Notes: generated by a model not told the origin, from the letters alone. A stretch of 64,000 bases of DNA from a virus (IMGVR_UViG_3300030060_004838:1-64000), one strand, 5' to 3'; shown: positions 28,348 to 35,878, numbered from the stretch's first letter. Numbers and translations: made by a program.

Positions 28348-30911
28348 TTATTCCACCACATTACTTCAGCAGGTATAATTTCATAATTATCCAACATATT
28401 TTCTACTGCTATGTCACATATATACTTATCTTTTATAGTACCTTCATAGTAATCATCATATAATGTTGCAACAAAACCTATCATACTTTTTTGACTTGAA
28501 TCATGACTATCCATAAAATTGTTTCTCATAGAAGCACTTGTAAATTGACAAGCAAGAACATAATCCTGTCCTTTATATTCAAAGGGGTATTGTTTATCAA
28601 CATAAGTTATTATGATTGAACCTGTTGTAAAAGTTTGTTCACCTGATACTACTTGATTAATCGCCTCTATCATTTTACAACAACAATACTCTTTTAACTG
28701 CCCATCTATTATTTTAAAATCTTCATATTTTAAATCAATAGTAGTAGAAGAATTAGCAACTTTAGCATCTAACAATATTTTCTTAAGTAATACTGCTTTT
28801 CTAAAAGCAATATTTTCCCACCTTGCTACTTCATCTCTACAATCTGATTTTTCTTTTTCAGGTAATGCCTTCCTACGAGTTCTTACATTTTGACGGCCTG
28901 TTTGTATTTGGCTCTTTTTGATAGGAGAACCTAATATTGAATTCCATTGACTTAGAACACTATCTAAATTTAATTCGCTTAGTATCATTTTCATGTGGTC
29001 TTTTTGTTGTACATATAGTTCATTTTCATATGCGAAGCCATAACCCCAACTTACTCTAATAATCCATTTTCCTTTTTCATCATCACCGTCTAACATAAAA
29101 TGACCTATGGTTTGAGTTTTAGGGTTTGTTGCGGCAGCCCTAATACCATAATCATAGCCTGTTCCACCTTTTTCCTTAGTATCTTTTTTATAATATTCTG
29201 TAATACCATTAAAATTATCATCGGGTTTTTCTGACCATAATTCTATTGCTTTACATGCAGACCATTCAGTTATATTTTCAGGACTATCAACTGTTACAAC
29301 AAATTTTGTACTATAAGTAAAAGGTACTGATAAAGTATATTTTGTTGTATTATCATAATCTGAATATTCTGTCTTTAAATCTATCTCCGTGACTTTGTTA
29401 TTATATTTTGAAAATCTGTGATTAGAACCATAAACGGGAGGGTCGTTTAAATTAATATCATATACCAATTGTTTTAATATAGTACCAATAATATCTCTTA
29501 AACTTTCAACATAATCAGCCAATCTTAAAAGTTTAGGTCTACATTCTTCTTCTTCCTTTTCGGGTAGTGGTTTTCTAATAATTTTAGTGTCTTGTCTACC
29601 TTGCGTTCTCAAATCCGCTTTAGTAATAGAGCCTCCATATTCACCTCCCCTATACCAAAGTTTATTTTTTCTAACTTCATCATTCATTTTAATTAAATTT
29701 TCTTGATATTTGGTCATGTAATTAGACTTATTGGGTATTTCTACATCATAATCTCTCTCTAACATACTTAACCATGCAAATAATGTATCAGCATGATGTA
29801 CTAAACCATCTTCATAATAATCCACATTTTCAGTAGATGCGTAACTTGCAATTGAATCTTCTCCAAAAGTATGATAAAGTTCACCATCGTTCAACCAATT
29901 TCTTTTATCAATAAAAGCATGTGCTCTATATATTATTACGCCTTCTCCATCTTTTAATGCCCACTCATGTTTGCAAGCAAAAGTAATGGTAAAATCTTTC
30001 ATTTCTAAATTCATTGTAAATGGAACAGTATTTCCAGCAGTTAAAATTCTTGGCCTCATAATTCCTACTTTATCTTTGTAATTAATATTATTACACCAAA
30101 ATTGATTATCTTTTTTTGATTCAGCACTTATTACATTAAACCTATACTTATCTTTAAATTCCCTACCATAAAATTCTTCTACTATTTTATGTATTTTAGG
30201 ATAACACCTTTCATCATCCTTTTCGGGTAGAGGGGTTCTTTTAGTTTTTACATTTTGCTTAGGTACAGTAATTTGATTCTTTGATATATCACCATCACCT
30301 ACCATGTCATAAAGTATTCTTTGTGCTTGCGTTAAATCTCCTGAACTGTTTTTTATTTTTGTATTAAAGGGTTTCATCTGTTCTAATTTATCAGCGAAAT
30401 TTAAACAGTTTTTACTTGTTTCAAATAATTTTTCTACATACCCTTTAGTAAAAACATTAGGTTCTACTTCCCAATTTATCATTACTGTTCCTAACATATG
30501 TGAAGAATAACCTTCAAAATCTATTTCTGCATACTGCCAAACTCTCCATTTATTAAACCTTTTAGATATATTCCAAGATAGATAAAGTTGTACATTATCG
30601 GTTAAAAAAATATAATACCTAACACTAAATATATCAGAGTCATCTTTAGTATCAGGATGAATTATTAAATTATTATTTCTATCCTTAACCATTTCACACC
30701 AATCTTCATTTGAGAATTTAGAAAGCCAATTACTATCTCTTGCATGTCTTACAGTAGGTCTTTGTATTTCGTTACAATCAGCCCATGCTTGAAATATATC
30801 ATCTATAATTTTATAGCAATCAGGGTCTTCTTTTTCAGGAAGTGGGCTTCTTCTTGTCTTTACATTCTGTTTAGGAATAGTAATTTGATTCTTCAGAACA
30901 TCCTCCCACAT
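28344..30911 (-). CDS. Tagged four-PLPEK-module polyprotein
   Basis: MWEDVLKN, then four ~200-aa units each opening with K[NSA]..[RK]Q.[VT][KR]...[PA]LPEK...C. Confidence 0.8.
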   Translation of the reverse strand: MWEDVLKNQITIPKQNVKTRRSPLPEKEDPDCYKIIDDIFQAWADCNEIQRPTVRHARDSNWLSKFSNEDWCEMVKDRNNNLIIHPDTKDDSDIFSVRYYIFLTDNVQLYLSWNISKRFNKWRVWQYAEIDFEGYSSHMLGTVMINWEVEPNVFTKGYVEKLFETSKNCLNFADKLEQMKPFNTKIKNSSGDLTQAQRILYDMVGDGDISKNQITVPKQNVKTKRTPLPEKDDERCYPKIHKIVEEFYGREFKDKYRFNVISAESKKDNQFWCNNINYKDKVGIMRPRILTAGNTVPFTMNLEMKDFTITFACKHEWALKDGEGVIIYRAHAFIDKRNWLNDGELYHTFGEDSIASYASTENVDYYEDGLVHHADTLFAWLSMLERDYDVEIPNKSNYMTKYQENLIKMNDEVRKNKLWYRGGEYGGSITKADLRTQGRQDTKIIRKPLPEKEEEECRPKLLRLADYVESLRDIIGTILKQLVYDINLNDPPVYGSNHRFSKYNNKVTEIDLKTEYSDYDNTTKYTLSVPFTYSTKFVVTVDSPENITEWSACKAIELWSEKPDDNFNGITEYYKKDTKEKGGTGYDYGIRAAATNPKTQTIGHFMLDGDDEKGKWIIRVSWGYGFAYENELYVQQKDHMKMILSELNLDSVLSQWNSILGSPIKKSQIQTGRQNVRTRRKALPEKEKSDCRDEVARWENIAFRKAVLLKKILLDAKVANSSTTIDLKYEDFKIIDGQLKEYCCCKMIEAINQVVSGEQTFTTGSIIITYVDKQYPFEYKGQDYVLACQFTSASMRNNFMDSHDSSQKSMIGFVATLYDDYYEGTIKDKYICDIAVENMLDNYEIIPAEVMWWNK

Positions 30912-31083
30912 AATATCCCTTAGTAAAGCATTAAACGATATTTACTATTTAATTATATGGCAAAATAACTTGTGGTATAAAAATATACCAGACTCTTTTT
31001 TCAAAAAATGGCCGGAAATTTTTTTGCTATTAGCGAAAATTTTTTTTTTGAATTAAATCTATTTCCAGAATAAGAATTTGTAT

Positions 31084-31446
31084 TTAATTGTACATATTAA
31101 AATTAGAATCGTCATCTTTCTTTGATTTTGACATCATTTCTTTCATTTGTTTAACAACATCCTTTTCAAACTGTGAATTTGTATCACTTTCTTCATGTAT
31201 ATCTGCAAAATAGTTAATTTTCTTGTTATATTCTCGTATTATACTAACAAATTCCTCACGCAAGTCTTCATAAAACTGTTGTATCTGTTCTTTAAATTTA
31301 TCAGGTACAGGTGCATGTTTAGAATAGAATTGATAGAAATCATGCCAATTAGCGAAATGATTCTCGAGGTTTTTCATGATATTTTCTAAGTCTTTGTTAG
31401 ATTTGTCTTCTTTTTCGTTATTGTTAAAGTAAAAGTTGAATACCAT
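31084..31446 (-). CDS. Hypothetical protein
   Basis: 120-aa ORF; its start codon lies inside a degenerate ACCATGTGGT site. Confidence 0.55.
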   Translation of the reverse strand: MVFNFYFNNNEKEDKSNKDLENIMKNLENHFANWHDFYQFYSKHAPVPDKFKEQIQQFYEDLREEFVSIIREYNKKINYFADIHEESDTNSQFEKDVVKQMKEMMSKSKKDDDSNFNMYN

Positions 31447-31668
31447 GTGGTTATCCTCATTACAAGTAGGATAAGTAGAGGGTTATAACTGTATGTATTG
31501 GATTATTTGTATCATTTTGTAGGATATGCGAATTTACTTTAACATAATGTGCAAAAAATGTATTTTTATGGTGCTACAAAGGCGTTTTTATGTAGAGGGT
31601 GTTTTTAATGTCGCCCACAAAAAAGAATTAAAATCAATTAAAAAAAATTTAGGAACCTTCAAAGTAGA

Positions 31669-31678
31669 ACCATATGGA
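31669..31678. repeat. ACCATATGG palindrome, site 1
   Basis: ACCATATGGA preceded by CTTCAAAGTAGA. Confidence 0.85.
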
Positions 31679-31749
31679 TATAGAATGAATCTGAAACTAA
31701 AAAGAACCCTCCGCCATGAGAGATGATGACGAATGAACCTGCACACAGA

Positions 31750-31778
31750 ACCATATGGATTGAAACTTTGTGGCATCC
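31750..31778. repeat. ACCATATGG palindrome, site 2, with right hairpin
   Basis: ACCATATGGA, then GGAT-tgaaactttgtggc-ATCC. Confidence 0.85.
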
Positions 31779-31817
31779 TTAGTAATAGAACGAACACCTA
31801 TTATATGGTGAATTGTA

Positions 31818-32060
31818 ATGGTAAAACAACAATGCAAACTAACAGGCAAGATGGTAGAACGCAAAGAGATTAACCAAAATGGTTATTCAAAACTGCATTA
31901 TAGCGAGTATCAGAAAATGAGAAACTACGCTAAGAAGCAATTGAATCAAACATTTGGTATCGCTGATTATAGAAAAGTCATGGGCTTTGAAGTAGTTAGT
32001 CGCAAATCTCTATCAGAAGAATTGAAAACAAAAGTGAGAGTGTATTTCCATGACGAATGA
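31818..32060 (+). CDS. Hypothetical early-region protein
   Basis: 80 aa, TATTATATGGTGA leader. Confidence 0.65.
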   Translation: MVKQQCKLTGKMVERKEINQNGYSKLHYSEYQKMRNYAKKQLNQTFGIADYRKVMGFEVVSRKSLSEELKTKVRVYFHDE

Positions 32061-32266
32061 AGGACTTTAGTAAATTAACATTTGATGCTATGATTTCAGC
32101 ATTAATGAATGTAGATGACCAATTTCAGCAATTTGATGACATTTCTATTAATGTCAAGCAAGGCGGCATTCAATTAAGAATGAAGAAGAATTGGAAGGGC
32201 GTTTCTATGAGTTTGAAAAACGAGGAACGACTAAGAAGGCATGAAGAAAGCATGTCGGAATACTGA
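32057..32266 (+). CDS. Hypothetical early-region protein
   Basis: 69 aa, ATGA-coupled. Confidence 0.6.
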   Translation: MKDFSKLTFDAMISALMNVDDQFQQFDDISINVKQGGIQLRMKKNWKGVSMSLKNEERLRRHEESMSEY

Positions 32267-32292
32267 TTAAAATCAGGTAAGTTTGGAAAATT

Positions 32293-32337
32293 GAGGGATT
32301 TTGGGGCTTTTCGGAGTCCTGAAATCTCTCTTTTTTT
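32293..32337 (+). terminator. Hairpin plus T-tract terminator
   Basis: GAGGGATTTTGGGGCTT-TTCG-GAGTCCTGAAATCTCTC followed by T7. Confidence 0.65.
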
Positions 32338-32375
32338 AGGGTGCGTCATTTCCACAAATTTACAATTTAATACTT

Positions 32376-32596
32376 ACCATATGGTAGGCGATAGCACATT
32401 CTACCGCAGGAGGGATAATAAGAATGTTTGATTGTGATGAGTGATGTTAGTTTATTTTCTTATTACCATATGGTTCATGCGTTAGCATATGATGAACCGC
32501 AGGGGGGATAACAGAATGTTCTTTGACGATGACGAGTGATTACATCAGTTAAGAACATTTTAATCTGTTACCATATGGTAATGCTTTGCAATTACC
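32376..32596. repeat. Tandem structured repeat containing ACCATATGGT sites 3-5
   Basis: Cores at 32376, 32465 and 32570; two ~90-105-nt units with covarying hairpins and a shared CCGCAGG.GGGATAA..AGAATGTT linker. Confidence 0.85.
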
Positions 32597-32672
32597 TTAG
32601 ATTTTTCAAAAATGGTATTTTTTATTTTCCTGCATTGGAAAAAAATACCAAAAAACCAAATATATCAAGATA

Positions 32673-32855
32673 CTAAAAATGGAAAGAAACTCCCCAATAA
32701 TGTTCTATTGCGCCTCTAAATTTATCTTCATTAAATCTCTCATTATCCTCTTTGAAAAATTGACAAAACGAATTTATCGTATATTCATCTATTTTCAAAT
32801 CTCCAAATAAACGAGCCACTATTTCATAATGTCTTTGTTGAAATTTAGGATTCAT
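32673..32855 (-). CDS. Small hypothetical protein
   Basis: 60 aa; FQQRHYEIVA..F..DNERFNEDKF looks like a common small phage protein motif. Confidence 0.6.
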   Translation of the reverse strand: MNPKFQQRHYEIVARLFGDLKIDEYTINSFCQFFKEDNERFNEDKFRGAIEHYWGVSFHF

Positions 32856-33111
32856 TTAAATTCCACCCCCTATAAAATGGATAATCAGGTAAGTGTCTAC
32901 AAATTTGATTAAATGCTACACAATACATATCTAATGTTTCATAAAATGATGGGTGGTCATCTTCTTCATAAATTTCTTCCATTTGATGAATTAGGAATCT
33001 AACAGTCATAAGTATATCTGTAATTTCATCATTTGTGATATTATCAGCATACCATTGTTTTATCATCTTCAATCTTTTTTCTGTAAATTTTACCATAATA
33101 TCAAGCCTCAA
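32845..33111 (-). CDS. Hypothetical protein
   Basis: 88-aa ORF in a four-gene minus-strand cluster. Confidence 0.6.
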   Translation of the reverse strand: MRLDIMVKFTEKRLKMIKQWYADNITNDEITDILMTVRFLIHQMEEIYEEDDHPSFYETLDMYCVAFNQICRHLPDYPFYRGWNLNES

Positions 33112-33415
33112 ATGTAAATATTTTTCTAATATTTTCTAATTCTTCTTTTACAGGTTTTGCACAACATTCACAATCCCAATCTTCAAGATTACTTAGAATA
33201 TATAGGATTTGTGTAGAAACTCCTTCACTTCCATATTCCATCCATGCTCTATCCATAGCCAAAAAATATGATATTGCATATTCTCGGTATGTTGGTTTTT
33301 TATCGTTATAGCAATTCTTTGCACTTATTACTTTGAATCTTAGGCTGTATAATTTTCTAAATATTTCTTCCGTTGGCATTTTACTCATCTCCATTAACTT
33401 CATTTGTTTTCTCAA
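33101..33415 (-). CDS. Hypothetical protein
   Basis: YAISY..A...YG.EG..QILYILSNL..W motif. Confidence 0.6.
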   Translation of the reverse strand: MRKQMKLMEMSKMPTEEIFRKLYSLRFKVISAKNCYNDKKPTYREYAISYFLAMDRAWMEYGSEGVSTQILYILSNLEDWDCECCAKPVKEELENIRKIFTFEA

Positions 33416-33590
33416 TTACTGCTTGAATTAGTGCTTCCATATTTTCTTTCACTTCATCAATTGTATCACCTTGCACTCTTGCGCTTTCACAAATCCAATT
33501 TTTATATCGGTCTTGTTTTAGTTTAACAACAAAATTTTTCTGCACAGGCTCGCTTTTTTCTTCTTCTAAATTCTTTTTCCAGAATGGCAT
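33381..33590 (-). CDS. Small protein, possibly HicB-N-like
   Basis: VQGDTIDEVKENMEALI resembles the HicB QG.T.EE..N..EA motif; ATTATGTGGTGA leader. Confidence 0.45.
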   Translation of the reverse strand: MPFWKKNLEEEKSEPVQKNFVVKLKQDRYKNWICESARVQGDTIDEVKENMEALIQAVIEKTNEVNGDE

Positions 33591-33636
33591 ATTTTTTCAC
33601 CACATAATTATATTTTGAACGGTTTATGGTTCGTGC

Positions 33637-33676
33637 TTCAAAGTAGCCTTACCATATGGTTCTGCTTTGAAGAACC
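33637..33676. repeat. ACCATATGGT site 6
   Basis: Core 33651-33660; CTTCAAAG..CTTTGAAG dyad; GGTTCT-gctttga-AGAACC hairpin. Confidence 0.85.
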
Positions 33677-33863
33677 TTAAAAAATTAAAAAAAATAAAAT
33701 TTTAAAAAATATTTTTTTGGTGAAGGAAAAAATAATTAAAAACCTTGATTTTTTTTGACAAGAAAAATTCTAAAAACTTGTGGCAATTTTTTGTGTGATT
33801 GCCAAATCAATATCTACGGGCTTCTCAAAATATTTGATGTATCTAAAGATTCAATCTTCATCT

Positions 33864-34499
33864 TCAATTAGAAGATTCATCAGATTCACCTTCGTCATTA
33901 TCAGATTCTGTTGCATTTTCTTCTGATGGTGGTGGCGCAATTGTCATTCCATCTTCAAGAGAAAAGTTTCCATCCCAACGACCATCATTGAAATATTTTG
34001 TAAATCTTTGATTTACTGCTACTCCACGACCATCTCCGAAATCTAAACCGTTCTCAAATGGTGAACCACCAACCTCTTTATTTCTATCAGAAATTACAGA
34101 TGTCATTTGGATAATCGGATTTGAATTCCAAAATTCTGCGTATGCTTCTGCAACCAATTTCTTTAGAGTTTTCAAACTTGCTTGAGCGTGTGCTGGCAAA
34201 TTTGATTCTTTTCCAATTGAAACAGGCCAATCCATAGCCAATTTTCCATCTGTTTTTTCTACTGTCCAATCTCGACCTTCAATGAGGATTTGATTCCATA
34301 AATTCTTCCGCTTTTCTGCATTTCTGTTTCCTCTACGGATATTCATGTTAATCAATTCAACAGCATCAATAATATCATCTGAAGAATTCAAAAATTCTTG
34401 ATTACCTTCAAGGCTCAAGAAATCCTCAATTCTTCCAATTCTCTTATTCCATGCTTCATCTGTCATTGACAAATCTTTTTCTTTCTTTTCTTTCGGCAT
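33864..34499 (-). CDS. Hypothetical protein, paralog of 34656-35135
   Basis: 211 aa with an acidic tail; collinear motifs shared with the divergent neighbour. Confidence 0.7.
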   Translation of the reverse strand: MPKEKKEKDLSMTDEAWNKRIGRIEDFLSLEGNQEFLNSSDDIIDAVELINMNIRRGNRNAEKRKNLWNQILIEGRDWTVEKTDGKLAMDWPVSIGKESNLPAHAQASLKTLKKLVAEAYAEFWNSNPIIQMTSVISDRNKEVGGSPFENGLDFGDGRGVAVNQRFTKYFNDGRWDGNFSLEDGMTIAPPPSEENATESDNDEGESDESSN

Positions 34500-34572
34500 A
34501 TTTATTTCTCCTTATTTTTTTTCTGTCGCCAATATTTTTTGGCGTAGAATATCATCATTTTTTATTATTCAA

Positions 34573-34616
34573 GGTAATTCAAAGTATTACCATATGGTTG
34601 CAACTTTGTGAAAACC
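34573..34616. repeat. ACCATATGGT site 7 (full double-hairpin form)
   Basis: GGTAAT-tcaaagt-ATTACC ATAT GGTT-gcaactttgtgaa-AACC. Confidence 0.88.
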
Positions 34617-34655
34617 CTATACCTGAAACCCTCTTTTATTATGTGGTGAAAACCA

Positions 34656-35135
34656 ATGAGTAAAGAAAAATACGAAACTGATGAGGGCTATGAAGCATTT
34701 GTAGCACCTCTTGAAGAATATATGAAGAAGAACAAAGCCAAAGATGCTGAAATGACAGATGCCTATGAGTATGCTGTGAACACCATCAAAAGAGGTCGAA
34801 AGTTTGCTAACAAAAGAAAAAGATGTTTTGACAGTCTGTATGATGAGTGGAACCATCTTAATTTTGAAGGTTGGCCTTTGAAGAAGTTAGATGATGAAAC
34901 CACTAAGGAAATTCAAAAGATGGCTGATGATATGGACACACCAAATGAAGATTATTGGAATGCCCTACCTATCAAACCTACATTTAAGGTCAAAGGTAAG
35001 GAATACATTGATGCTGATGGCAAATCCTTTGCTAAGAGGATGAATGAATCACTTGTGAAGAAATGGACTGTTCACGCCAAAGAGAACGGTTCACTTTGGA
35101 AGTCCCAAGATGATATACCCACCCGAGAGGCTTGA
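34656..35135 (+). CDS. Hypothetical protein, paralog of 33864-34499
   Basis: 159 aa, TATTATGTGGTGA leader. Confidence 0.7.
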   Translation: MSKEKYETDEGYEAFVAPLEEYMKKNKAKDAEMTDAYEYAVNTIKRGRKFANKRKRCFDSLYDEWNHLNFEGWPLKKLDDETTKEIQKMADDMDTPNEDYWNALPIKPTFKVKGKEYIDADGKSFAKRMNESLVKKWTVHAKENGSLWKSQDDIPTREA

Positions 35136-35290
35136 ATATGTTTGACGATGATGAATGATTGACAAAAATTGACCCCTAATTTTGCCCATACCCCATGCTG
35201 TTTTGGTGATTCAGCACAAAAAAAATCACCACCCTTCGGGGTTTCTTACCACTATTCAAAGAATCGTTTTTACAATGTTTATTGTTAGTA

Positions 35291-35315
35291 ACCATATGGT
35301 TGTAATTTTTACACC
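35291..35315. repeat. ACCATATGGT site 8
   Basis: Core 35291-35300; GG(T)TGTAA-ttt-TTACACC hairpin. Confidence 0.8.
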
Positions 35316-35449
35316 CTGAAAAAAATAAAAAAAATAAAAAAGGTGGTAGAGAAATCATTTAAGATTTTTTTAAAATATCGGGGATGATATTTATGCATGA
35401 TAATATGATACAACAAACAAAGAACCAATTAAGAAACTCTACCATGAGT

Positions 35450-35800
35450 TATTTGTTGTAAAAGGGTGTGGGCAGGATTAGGTCGGTTAAACCATAACTT
35501 ACCTGCAAATTTTCACGGAAACACCTGCTTTTATTCTTGATTTGCAAATAAAATCGGCCGCTACTTCTAACTTCCCCACTTGAGCGTTTGTTCTCAAATG
35601 TTCCCACAGACAATTCGCTAAAACTGTTCACGCTATTAAATCGTTCACAAATGCAGCCTTTGATTATTACGCCACTCCTTCTCGATGGAAAGATTAATTG
35701 CATTTATCCGCTAAGAAAATCTCGGGAGGAATACCTTAAAGTGTTCAATCTCTTTTTCAGTCACCACAATATCTTGACCCGCTAAAGCCAAGATGTAGAA
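35450..35800 (-). ncRNA. Candidate structured non-coding RNA
   Basis: GC-enriched, no convincing ORF, several hairpins, minus-strand TATAAA at 35810-35815. Confidence 0.35.
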
Positions 35801-35822
35801 TATGATTGATTTATAGCCGTAA

Positions 35823-35865
35823 GGTCATCACAAAGAGATTACCATATGGTTCTAAAACTTGTAGA
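35823..35865. repeat. ACCATATGGT site 9
   Basis: Core 35841-35850; GGTcATC-acaaaga-GATtACC left hairpin and TCTA..TAGA right stem. Confidence 0.85.
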
Positions 35866-35878
35866 TATTCGAGGCTAT

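Noticed and set aside
27049-30911. Diversity-generating retroelement target
   Set aside because: No reverse transcriptase and no near-identical template/variable repeat pair differing at adenines; the modules are anciently diverged
32424-32560. Box C/D guide RNAs or hammerhead ribozymes from the TGATGA-like motifs
   Set aside because: No properly placed CTGA D boxes and no CTGANGA...GAAA core
32376-32596. Mini-CRISPR array
   Set aside because: The repeat core is only 10-14 bp, spacing is 89 and 105 nt, the spacers resemble each other and are structured, and the only Cas-like gene is a solo Cas4-type nuclease in the replication block
31669-35865. Classical integron or shufflon
   Set aside because: No tyrosine or serine recombinase in the window and no GTTRRRY/RYYYAAC attC ends; recombination remains only one hypothesis for the sites
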